Assembly (NCBI RefSeq): GCF_003367075.2
Contig: NZ_CP065936.1
Location: forward strand, 180,001-212,000
Length of the DNA: 32,000 bases
Direction: 5' to 3'
Origin: Cylindrospermopsis raciborskii Cr2010
GTDB taxonomy: Bacteria; Cyanobacteriota; Cyanobacteriia; Cyanobacteriales; Nostocaceae
Below, one piece after another: positions 8,707 through 16,642 of this stretch. The notes beneath the pieces were generated by a model. The model did no database searches and had not been told where the DNA came from. It saw only the letters and a program-made list of their open reading frames with translations. Made by a program: the position numbers and the translations under genes. Position 1 is the stretch's first letter. Every line of letters starts with the position of its first letter.

Positions 8707-10152
8707 TCATGGTATGTATACAGATGAAAAATCAGGCACATCCCCCTTGCTAACCATTGCTCTATATAACAAAGCGCAAACCTCCGCCCTCGTCACTAGT
8801 TTTCTAGTGTTTAATAATCTTATGTTTGGGTAATTTACAATTACACCATTTTGTGTAAGAGCAGCAATCAGCTCCCGGTGTTCACTCCTAATCGTAGAAG
8901 CATCTTGGTAAATAGATAATATATCTCTTGTTGAACCGGTGAATTTATAATTCAAGGCTTTTGCTATGGTAGTTAAAACATCTAAACGGGTGAGTTTTTG
9001 GTCGGGACGAAACTTTCTGTTTGCACTAGGGGTCAAAATCCCCATCTGATAAGTTTTCTGGATGGCGTTATGGGCCCAGTGGTTCTTGGGAATGTCTCGA
9101 AATGCGACTTTCCCCCTGATTGTATCTTTAAAAAAGATTTTTGGCAATAGGGTAGCTAGTTGGGCCCGGGTGATGGGAGCATTAGGACGAAATGTGCCAT
9201 CAGGATAACCGTCAATGACCTCCATGGCGGCTAATTCCTCAATATAGTCTTTGGCCCAGTAATTTTGCGGAAGATCGGAAAATCGTACCCGAATTCCCTT
9301 AGCTACTCCCACCTCTCTATATTTAGTTAATAAGTTATTCAGCTGGTACGCACTTTTATTTAGTTGGGTTAGTTGTACTAGGCTACCTGGGGGAGATAGG
9401 ATAGCTTTTGCTAGTTGGGAATCATTAATGCTAATAGTTTTACCAACCAGGGCAAATTGCCCCTGGGTAAAGCTCGCAGGATAGGTACTCGGTTGAGCAA
9501 CTTTGGCAAATCCTGCAGCTTGATAGGGAGTAGGATCGATGTTTTGTGGACTACTGAGGAAGGTAACCTTTTGGTTCCTGATTTCCGTGAAGTAGTCATA
9601 GCTCATGGTTGTGTCTGGATCAACGATCCCATCTTCATCACTGTCAACTCCGTAAAAAACTCTGACTAGGGGATTTGGCGGAGAATTCGCTGGTAAAATC
9701 AGGTTGACTGTGGTGTGGTTCGGTAAACAAGCAAATTCCGTATAACCAACTAGTTGGTTTTGTGTATTATATAGTCTAATTACAATGCGATCGCCCCATT
9801 TAAACCCATTTTCAAATTTAGCTTTCTGCTTAATTTTATATTGATAATCTCCCAAAAATCTTTCTTGGAGATATTTCTCGCCATACTTAGCTTTCAGGGA
9901 TATACGAGCAATAACTGGAGAAATTGTGCCGTTAGGTTGCCAAATATAGAGGGTAAATCCGGATTTTTTCTCCTGTACTGGTTGAGGTGTGGAAATTTCT
10001 ATGGGAACCGACTCCTGTGCCAAAAGTTGCCCATGAGTGGCTGCTGTGGCCAATGACTGAATTGCCCAGTTCTCTATTGGCCACAGATTAATTATATTAA
10101 TTAGGGAGGCAAAAACTAGCCCTTTCAATACCGTTAATTTACTGTTAGTCAT
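8707..10152 (-). CDS. SLH (S-layer homology) domain-containing secreted protein
   Basis: 481 aa with an N-terminal signal-like segment (LTVLKGLVFASLINIINLW). The C-terminus carries three SLH-like repeats (FSDLPQNYWAKDYIEELAAMEVIDGYPDGTFRPNAPITRAQLATLL; FRDIPKNHWAHNAIQKTYQMGIL; a third ending VTRAEVCALLYRA). I could not assign the N-terminal ~290 aa. Confidence 0.85.
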   Translation of the reverse strand: MTNSKLTVLKGLVFASLINIINLWPIENWAIQSLATAATHGQLLAQESVPIEISTPQPVQEKKSGFTLYIWQPNGTISPVIARISLKAKYGEKYLQERFLGDYQYKIKQKAKFENGFKWGDRIVIRLYNTQNQLVGYTEFACLPNHTTVNLILPANSPPNPLVRVFYGVDSDEDGIVDPDTTMSYDYFTEIRNQKVTFLSSPQNIDPTPYQAAGFAKVAQPSTYPASFTQGQFALVGKTISINDSQLAKAILSPPGSLVQLTQLNKSAYQLNNLLTKYREVGVAKGIRVRFSDLPQNYWAKDYIEELAAMEVIDGYPDGTFRPNAPITRAQLATLLPKIFFKDTIRGKVAFRDIPKNHWAHNAIQKTYQMGILTPSANRKFRPDQKLTRLDVLTTIAKALNYKFTGSTRDILSIYQDASTIRSEHRELIAALTQNGVIVNYPNIRLLNTRKLVTRAEVCALLYRAMVSKGDVPDFSSVYIP

Positions 10153-10317
10153 TGTTGCTTATTTAACCAAATGATTGATTTTGACACACGGACTATTCTA
10201 ACATTGTATTTTCGGATATTTTCTTGAATCTGCCATGATATTTTTTCCACAATGCCAGGAGGATAAGAAGAAGATTACTATAAAGAAACAATACTTTAGA
10301 AATCTTAACCAATTACC

Positions 10318-11202
10318 ATGATCACCACTGAAAATTTACCAACCATAGAAAAACAAATTTGGACTTGGCGAAACTATAAAATCCAATATACTGTTATGGG
10401 TGTGGGTCAACCCCTAGTTCTGGTTCACGGATTCGGAGCTTCTATTGGTCACTGGCGCAAAAACATCCCTATTTTAGCTAAAGCGGGTTATCAGGTTTTT
10501 GCCCTGGATTTATTGGGATTTGGAGGTTCTGAAAAAGCAGACATAAAATATAGCATGGAAGTTTGGGTAGAGCTACTAAGGGATTTTTATCACGAACACA
10601 TCCAATCACCCACTATATTTATTGGTAATTCTATTGGCGCGCTTTTGAGTTTAATGGTTGTCACCCAACACCCGGAAATTGCTAGTGGGGCGGTTTTGAT
10701 TAATTCCGCTGGAGGTTTAAATCATCGTCCTCGGGAATTAAACCCCATTACTAGGTTTTTTATGGCTACCTTTCGTCAATTAGTCACTAATCCCATTACA
10801 GGAACTATTGTTTTTAATCGAGTTCGCACCAAATCCCAAATCCGTCGTACCCTATACCAAGTATATTGCGATCGCAATGCAGTTACTGATGAACTAGTAG
10901 ATATACTTTATGAACCATCCTGCGATCGCGGTGCTAGGAAAGTTTTTGCTTCCATTGTCACCGCACCTCCAGGACCAGCTCCCATTACCCTACTACCCAA
11001 GTTGACACATCCCCTATTAGTTCTGTGGGGTGAAAAGGATCCCTGGATACCCATAACTGGGACAAATATTTATGCAGAAGCGGCTAGTGGTAAGGATATT
11101 GAAATTGTACCTATTCCCAATGCTGGTCATTGTCCCCATGATGAAGTTCCAGATCTTGTCAATAGGGTGATTATTGACTGGTTAGGAAAGAAAAATCTTT
11201 AA
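10318..11202 (+). CDS. alpha/beta-fold hydrolase
   Basis: 294 aa. It has an HG oxyanion motif (LVLVHGFGAS), a GNSIGA nucleophile elbow, and a C-terminal catalytic His context (NAGHCPHDE). Confidence 0.85.
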   Translation: MITTENLPTIEKQIWTWRNYKIQYTVMGVGQPLVLVHGFGASIGHWRKNIPILAKAGYQVFALDLLGFGGSEKADIKYSMEVWVELLRDFYHEHIQSPTIFIGNSIGALLSLMVVTQHPEIASGAVLINSAGGLNHRPRELNPITRFFMATFRQLVTNPITGTIVFNRVRTKSQIRRTLYQVYCDRNAVTDELVDILYEPSCDRGARKVFASIVTAPPGPAPITLLPKLTHPLLVLWGEKDPWIPITGTNIYAEAASGKDIEIVPIPNAGHCPHDEVPDLVNRVIIDWLGKKNL

Positions 11203-11292
11203 GCTCATTTAGTCCCGCTGCTAAAATGCGGGGCTATAAGGCTATAATACTAAATTCTCTAATTCCCAATTGTTAATGTGAAGTAGTGTCAA

Positions 11293-14172
11293 ATGCCAAA
11301 TCCATCAGCAAAAAATTTATCAAGCGATAACCTTCCCCACACTCCAAACCAGGAAAATACCATTCGCATTCGCGGTGCTAGACAGCATAATCTGAAAAAT
11401 ATTGATCTAGACCTACCTCGTGACCAACTAATTGTATTTACTGGTGTCTCTGGATCTGGAAAATCTTCCTTAGCTTTTGATACCATCTTTGCAGAAGGTC
11501 AAAGACGTTATGTAGAATCACTAAGTGCCTATGCTCGTCAATTTCTAGGTCAATTAGACAAACCCGATGTAGAATCCATTGAAGGACTAAGCCCTGCTAT
11601 TTCTATTGATCAAAAATCTACCTCTCATAACCCTCGCTCCACCGTGGGAACAGTTACAGAAATCTATGATTACCTGCGATTGCTTTATGGACGTGCTGGT
11701 GAACCCCATTGTCCCCATTGCGATCGCTCTATTTCTCCCCAGACCATTGACCAAATGTGCGATCGCATTTTATCACTTCCTGACCGTACTCGATTTCAAA
11801 TTTTGGCACCTGTGCTAAGGGGAAAGAAGGGAACCCATCGGAAACTGCTTTCCAGTTTGGCAGCCCAGGGGTTTGTTAGGGCGCGGATCAATGGAGAGAT
11901 TTTTGAACTTTCAGAGGGTATAGAATTAGATAAAAATATTAGTCACAATATAGAACTGGTAATAGACAGATTAGTTAAAAAAGAAGGTATTCAGGAGCGT
12001 CTAGTAGATTCTCTCACCACATGTTTGAAACAGTCCGAGGGAATAGCCATAATTGAAATGATAAAAAACCCTGTAGATGAGGTAGATAAAAATATTTCCC
12101 CAGAGGAATTACCATCAGAGATTATCTTTTCAGAGAACTTTGCCTGTCCAGAACATGGGGGGGTAATGGAAGAATTATCCCCCAGATTATTTTCCTTTAA
12201 CTCTCCCTATGGTGCTTGTTCCCACTGTCATGGAATTGGCACCCTAAAAAGATTTTCTCCTGAGTTATTGATACCCGATCATAAAGCACCAATATATGGA
12301 GCCATAGCACCTTGGTCAGATAAGGAAAACTCCTATTATTTAGAATTATTGTACGCCTTGGGAGTGCAACATGGATTTCAATTACAAACCCAGTGGAGGG
12401 ATCTAAGCAAAGAGCAGCAAGAAATAGTTTTATATGGGGAGAAGCTAGAAAACACAACGGGAGGGAGAAAACAAAATTTTAGGGGAGTAATTCCCATGTT
12501 ACAAAGACAATACGAGGGAGGAACGGAACTAATCAAGCAGAGACTAGAAGAATATTTAATCGATCAACCTTGTGAAGTTTGTGACGGAAAAAGACTAAAA
12601 CCGGAAGCTTTAGCTGTGAAATTAGGTCAATATGGAATTTGGGATTTAACCAGCGTATCAATTAGGGAATTTCAGGAACGAATAGAAAACTTAAAATTAA
12701 CTGCTCGGCAAATACAAATTGGCGATTTAGTCATTAAAGAAATTAAACAGAGATTGCAATTTTTACTAGATGTAGGTTTAGATTATTTGACCTTAGATCG
12801 TCCCGCCATGACCTTATCAGGTGGAGAAGCACAACGAATTAGACTAGCGACCCAAATTGGTTCCGGTTTAACAGGAGTACTTTATGTGTTAGATGAACCA
12901 AGCATTGGACTTCACCAAAGAGATAATGATAGACTGTTGAAAACCTTGATCAAACTGCGAGACTTAGGAAATACCCTAATTGTTGTGGAACACGATGAAG
13001 AAACTATTAGAGCAGCAGATCACATAATTGACATTGGTCCGGGTGCAGGTATTCATGGAGGAAATATTATTGCCCAAGGAACAATTGAAGATGTATTAAA
13101 GGCAGAAAATTCCCTAACAGGATCCTATTTATCCAAAAAAATAGTAATTGATACACCCACAACTAGAAGAGGGGGAAATGGCAAAACTCTGAACATTAAA
13201 AATGCCCACCGCAATAACTTAAAAAACCTAGATGTGGAAATTCCCCTGGGAAAATTAGTTGCTGTAACTGGAGTTTCTGGTTCAGGAAAATCAACTTTAA
13301 TTAATGAATTGCTCTATCCCGCGCTACAACATCATTTATTAAAAAGAGTACCCTTTCCTCCAGAACTCAGTGGAATAGGAGGATTAAACTGTGTGGATAA
13401 GGTCATTGTCATAGATCAGTCACCCATTGGGAGAACACCCAGATCTAACCCAGCTACTTACACAGGAGTATTTGACCTGATTAGAGAAGTGTTTTCTCAA
13501 ACTATCGAGGCTAAAACTAGGGGATATAAACCTGGACAATTTTCCTTTAACGTCAAGGGAGGTAGGTGTGAAGCTTGCAATGGACAGGGAGTAAATGTTA
13601 TAGAAATGAATTTTTTACCGGATGTTTATGTTCAATGTGAAGTATGTAAAGGAGCTAGATATAATCGAGAGACCTTACAAGTTAAATATAAAGATAAATC
13701 CATCTCTGATGTTTTAAAAATGACCGTTGAGGAAGCACTAGCATTTTGTGAAAACCTCCCCAAAGCAGTCAGCAAATTACAAACATTGGTGGATGTTGGT
13801 TTGGGATACATACAGTTGGGACAACCCGCTACCACCCTATCAGGAGGAGAAGCACAACGGGTCAAATTAGCTACGGAGTTATCTCGACGTGCTACGGGTA
13901 AAACATTGTATTTAATAGATGAACCCACCACCGGACTATCTTTTTATGATGTTCACAAGTTATTAGATGTGATTCAGAGATTAGTGGATAAGGGAAATTC
14001 TATCTTAGTGATTGAACACAACCTGGATGTGATTCGTTGTGCGGATTGGGTTATAGATTTGGGCCCAGAAGGAGGTGATAAAGGGGGAGAGATCATCGGT
14101 GTGGGAACTCCAGAACAACTTGCTCAAAATCCCCGCTCCCATACGGGAAGATATTTACAACGGATGTTATAA
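11293..14172 (+). CDS. uvrA: excinuclease ABC subunit A
   Basis: 959 aa with two ABC modules (GVSGSGKSSLAFDT and GVSGSGKSTLINE), signature LSGGEAQR twice, and zinc-finger Cys clusters (CPHCDR, CEVCDGKR, CEACNGQG...CEVCKG). Confidence 0.97.
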   Translation: MPNPSAKNLSSDNLPHTPNQENTIRIRGARQHNLKNIDLDLPRDQLIVFTGVSGSGKSSLAFDTIFAEGQRRYVESLSAYARQFLGQLDKPDVESIEGLSPAISIDQKSTSHNPRSTVGTVTEIYDYLRLLYGRAGEPHCPHCDRSISPQTIDQMCDRILSLPDRTRFQILAPVLRGKKGTHRKLLSSLAAQGFVRARINGEIFELSEGIELDKNISHNIELVIDRLVKKEGIQERLVDSLTTCLKQSEGIAIIEMIKNPVDEVDKNISPEELPSEIIFSENFACPEHGGVMEELSPRLFSFNSPYGACSHCHGIGTLKRFSPELLIPDHKAPIYGAIAPWSDKENSYYLELLYALGVQHGFQLQTQWRDLSKEQQEIVLYGEKLENTTGGRKQNFRGVIPMLQRQYEGGTELIKQRLEEYLIDQPCEVCDGKRLKPEALAVKLGQYGIWDLTSVSIREFQERIENLKLTARQIQIGDLVIKEIKQRLQFLLDVGLDYLTLDRPAMTLSGGEAQRIRLATQIGSGLTGVLYVLDEPSIGLHQRDNDRLLKTLIKLRDLGNTLIVVEHDEETIRAADHIIDIGPGAGIHGGNIIAQGTIEDVLKAENSLTGSYLSKKIVIDTPTTRRGGNGKTLNIKNAHRNNLKNLDVEIPLGKLVAVTGVSGSGKSTLINELLYPALQHHLLKRVPFPPELSGIGGLNCVDKVIVIDQSPIGRTPRSNPATYTGVFDLIREVFSQTIEAKTRGYKPGQFSFNVKGGRCEACNGQGVNVIEMNFLPDVYVQCEVCKGARYNRETLQVKYKDKSISDVLKMTVEEALAFCENLPKAVSKLQTLVDVGLGYIQLGQPATTLSGGEAQRVKLATELSRRATGKTLYLIDEPTTGLSFYDVHKLLDVIQRLVDKGNSILVIEHNLDVIRCADWVIDLGPEGGDKGGEIIGVGTPEQLAQNPRSHTGRYLQRML

Positions 14173-14198
14173 GTATACCACTTCTCTCAATATACAAG

Positions 14199-14223
14199 GT
14201 TGGGTTGAGGAATGAAACCCAAC
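14199..14223. repeat. short hairpin repeat, copy 1 (GTTGGGTTGAGGAATGAAACCCAAC)
   Basis: An 8-bp perfect stem (GTTGGGTT/AACCCAAC) with a 9-nt loop lies between the convergent uvrA and cas2 ends. Two related copies sit at 16516-16540 and 16546-16570 in the same orientation. Confidence 0.7.
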
Positions 14224-14333
14224 TTACAAAGTTGGGCGATCGCACTGAAATATTATTAAAAGCAATCTGTGCTGGAGCATGATAAGTATCTCTAATTAAA
14301 TCCTGAATATTCTTAATTATCCCTGCTCAAACT

Positions 14334-14618
14334 TTAAATCACAAAAACATCTAGATTACGTGGTGGATCGCAACCAATTCTCTCAATGTTATACTGACAA
14401 CATCTTCCTAACTTGTAGAGTAGGATATTATCTTCCTTAGGTTTAATCAATTTATCTAGTCTTTGTCGTAACTTTTGATACTGAGTTAAGGTTAATCGAC
14501 ATTCAAACAAAGAATACTGTTTCCATTCTCCATAAGATTTGAGGCATTTATGAATTTTGTTGCGTCTTTTATCTTCGGAAATGTCATAGCTAATGATATA
14601 AAAACTTTCGTCGATCAT
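14334..14618 (-). CDS. cas2: CRISPR-associated endoribonuclease Cas2 (solitary)
   Basis: 94 aa. It has the N-terminal beta-strand with conserved Asp (YIISYDISEDKRRNKIHKCLKSYG), then QYSLFEC and ILLYKL, which is a typical Cas2 ferredoxin-fold pattern. GAGG RBS upstream. No cas1, other cas genes or repeat array occur in the window. Confidence 0.85.
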   Translation of the reverse strand: MIDESFYIISYDISEDKRRNKIHKCLKSYGEWKQYSLFECRLTLTQYQKLRQRLDKLIKPKEDNILLYKLGRCCQYNIERIGCDPPRNLDVFVI

Positions 14619-14759
14619 CCTACCTCACTTTTAAGGGTAAATATTTTTCTATTTCTTGATTTAAGTGATTAGTCTTGCTTATTTAGTATTTGAACCTCAC
14701 ATTGATATCTATTTGAGTTTGATTGCAGTAGCACAAGATACCTCGTTTAAAAGGAAAAA

Positions 14760-14980
14760 GTTTCAATCTCCTATGGAGATAAGTGTGACATACTCCACAC
14801 ACTCCCTTACAGGTGAGTGTGGGCTTCTCAACGACTCTTCTATGAAGACATTGATTGAGCTTTGAGGGCGTGTGTCCCACGCGCCTTTATATTTATAGCC
14901 GCATTTAGATCCCGGCACAAGCTGACCTTGCAACTAGGGCAATTGTGCGTTCTTTCTGATAGCGGCTTTTTGACTTTGTG
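14760..14980 (-). ncRNA. predicted TnpB omega-RNA (reRNA) scaffold overlapping the tnpB 3' end and right end
   Basis: Established knowledge: TnpB guide RNAs come from the tnpB 3' end plus the RE. Seen here on the minus strand downstream of the TAG stop: hairpin CACACTC-ACCTGTAAGG-GAGTGTG (about 14795-14818), then hairpin ATCTCC-ATA-GGAGAT, then TTGAAAC ending at 14760. That ending resembles the 3' ends of CRISPR repeats. The 5' limit is a guess. Confidence 0.35.
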
Positions 14981-16015
14981 TCCACAGTTAGAACATTCTT
15001 GGCTCGTACCGTTTGGATTTACAGCTATCACTTTCAAGCCAGCATTCTCGGCTTTGTTTGAAAGTATGGTGATGAACTGTCCCCAACCAGCATCGTTAAT
15101 ACTTTTAGCCAATCTTGTTTTAGCAAGTCCTTTTATATTTAATTTTTCAACAGCTACTACGTCATACTTTTTGAGTAGATTATTAGCTGTTTTGAATTGG
15201 AAATCTTTTCTAGTATCAACAACTTTCTTGTGTAGAATACCCAGTTTTTTAATCGCTTTTTTACGGCGATTAGAACCTCTCTTCCGACGAGAGACACGAC
15301 GTTGCGCAGATTTTAACTTGCGTTCAGCTTGGCGTAGAAACTTAGGTGCGGCAATTCTTTCACCGTCTGAGGTGACAATAAAATCAATCAATCCGACATC
15401 AATACCAACAATATTATTAGCATTAAAATCAGGCTTAATTGTGGGAACTGTTTTGTCGTCAAGACTTAGAGTTACATAATACCCGTCTGCTTTTTTAGTG
15501 ACAGATACAGTTTTAATTTGAAACCCGTCGGGAACTTGACGATGAACAATTACTTTAACATCGCCTATTTTTGATAGCGTAATCTTGTTATTGACAAAGT
15601 GATGTTGTTTGAATTGAGGAAAAGTAAATGTTTTATATTGTCCCGTACTTTTAAATCTAGGTCTACCAGACTTTTTGCTGTTGCTATCACCTTTTAACCA
15701 TCGGTCAAAAGCTAACTCAACTTTCTTTGCGACTTCCTGTAGCACCTGAGAATGAATCTCTTTGTACCAAGGACGGTCTTTTTTAAGTTGAGTTAATGAT
15801 GCTTTTTGGTTGTAATAATTAGGTTGCTCTTTGAGTTCTGGTAAATGACAAACGAATATGGAACATCTATTAATAGGGGAACGATTTTGTTCATACCAAT
15901 CAAACCGTTGAGCCAGCAAATAATTGTATTGATAGCGCAGCATTTCTAGCGTTTTATCAATCTTTTCTGCTTGCTCTTTTGTCGGTTTAATTTTGTATTG
16001 ATAGGATATCCGCAC
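14840..16015 (-). CDS. tnpB: RNA-guided endonuclease TnpB (IS200/IS605 family accessory protein)
   Basis: 391 aa with a GTG start. The N-terminus YQYKIKPTKEQ is typical. RuvC-I is GIDVGLIDF, RuvC-II is VVAVEKLNIKGL, the zinc finger is CSNCGH...CPSC, and RuvC-III is CRDLNAAINI. The catalytic D-E-D triad appears intact. Confidence 0.92.
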   Translation of the reverse strand: MRISYQYKIKPTKEQAEKIDKTLEMLRYQYNYLLAQRFDWYEQNRSPINRCSIFVCHLPELKEQPNYYNQKASLTQLKKDRPWYKEIHSQVLQEVAKKVELAFDRWLKGDSNSKKSGRPRFKSTGQYKTFTFPQFKQHHFVNNKITLSKIGDVKVIVHRQVPDGFQIKTVSVTKKADGYYVTLSLDDKTVPTIKPDFNANNIVGIDVGLIDFIVTSDGERIAAPKFLRQAERKLKSAQRRVSRRKRGSNRRKKAIKKLGILHKKVVDTRKDFQFKTANNLLKKYDVVAVEKLNIKGLAKTRLAKSINDAGWGQFITILSNKAENAGLKVIAVNPNGTSQECSNCGHKVKKPLSERTHNCPSCKVSLCRDLNAAINIKARGTHALKAQSMSS

Positions 16016-16093
16016 CTGATTATCGCCTTTTTCTGGTGTCGCACTGTTACTATTCTAGTATACACTAATTATGAGAAATATGGCAAGAAGCTT

Positions 16094-16498
16094 ATGAAAA
16101 ATGTTTTGTTTCAAAGGGAAGGTCAGTCAGTGACTTAAAAGTACATCTAGTTTTAACGACAAAATATAGGCGCAAAGCCTTTACTGGAGATACGTTACAG
16201 CGATTACATATCATCCTAGAGGAACTATTAGTTAAATGGGATTGCAAGCTTGTGGAGTTTAATGGAGGATCATATCCACTGCTTATTCCAATATCATCCG
16301 GACTTAGAATTAAGCAAACTGATAAATAATCTTAAATCAGTTTCTTCTAGGAAATTACGCCAAGAATTTTCAGAACATCTAGCAAAAATTTACTGGAAAG
16401 ATGTTTTTTGGAACGGGTCTTATTTTGTTGCTAGTTGTGGTGGAGTAACTATCTCAACGTTACGAAAATATATTGAAAATCAAAATTCACCGAATTAA
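16094..16498 (+). pseudogene. tnpA: IS200/IS605 Y1 transposase tnpA, disrupted by frameshifts
   Basis: The reading frame is split three ways. MKNVLFQREGQSVT* (16094-16138) is one frame. ...SVSDLKVHLVLTTKYRRKAFTGDTLQRLHIILEELLVKWDCKLVEFNGG... is a second frame, which stops at about 16335. (E)DHIHCLFQYHPDLELSKLINNLKSVSSRKL...YFVASCGGVTISTLRKYIENQ (to 16498) is a third. The HxH motif and catalytic-Tyr region are recognisable, but there are at least two frame breaks (about 16115-16130 and about 16264-16268). Confidence 0.8.
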
Positions 16499-16515
16499 AT
16501 ATAAAATGAACGTAG

Positions 16516-16570
16516 GTTAGGTTGAAGTATGAAACCCAACGCCCGCATGGGTTGAGGAACGAAACCCATC
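16516..16570. repeat. short hairpin repeat, tandem copies 2 and 3
   Basis: GTTAGGTTGAAGTATGAAACCCAAC (16516-16540) and CATGGGTTGAGGAACGAAACCCATC (16546-16570). Both have the same core, GGTTGA.G.A.GAAACCCA, and the same orientation as copy 1 at 14199-14223. Confidence 0.7.
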
Positions 16571-16642
16571 CCTAGGTCCAAGTTTTTTTCAATGTAGGAT
16601 AATCTCAGCTCCTGGTAACTGATTAAGATTCATGATTGCCGA

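Larger units (their letters stand above)
14760..16600 (-). mobile_element. IS200/IS605-family insertion sequence (divergent tnpA/tnpB, IS605-like layout); boundaries approximate
   Basis: It contains an intact tnpB (-) and a frameshifted Y1-transposase tnpA (+). I infer the right end near 14760, after the structured region downstream of tnpB. The left end lies somewhere in 16500-16640. Neither end could be fixed without a second copy for comparison. Confidence 0.6.

Noticed and set aside
11289-13931. Antisense or alternative-frame ORFs inside uvrA (11289-11486, 11606-11818, 12197-12457, 13632-13931) and similar ones inside clpC, GH57, murA, mlaD and the helicase
   Set aside because: Each is fully nested in a strongly supported gene, is short, and has no motifs. 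They are typical six-frame noise.
14173-14839. CRISPR array or leader next to cas2
   Set aside because: No spaced direct repeats occur on either side of cas2. The only repeat-like string, GTTTCAATCTCCTATGGAGAT (14760-14780), occurs once and fits better as the terminal hairpin of the TnpB omega-RNA/right end.
14862-15479. 205-aa + strand ORF
   Set aside because: It lies entirely antisense to the well-supported tnpB and has a low-complexity Leu/Ser/Phe-rich translation.
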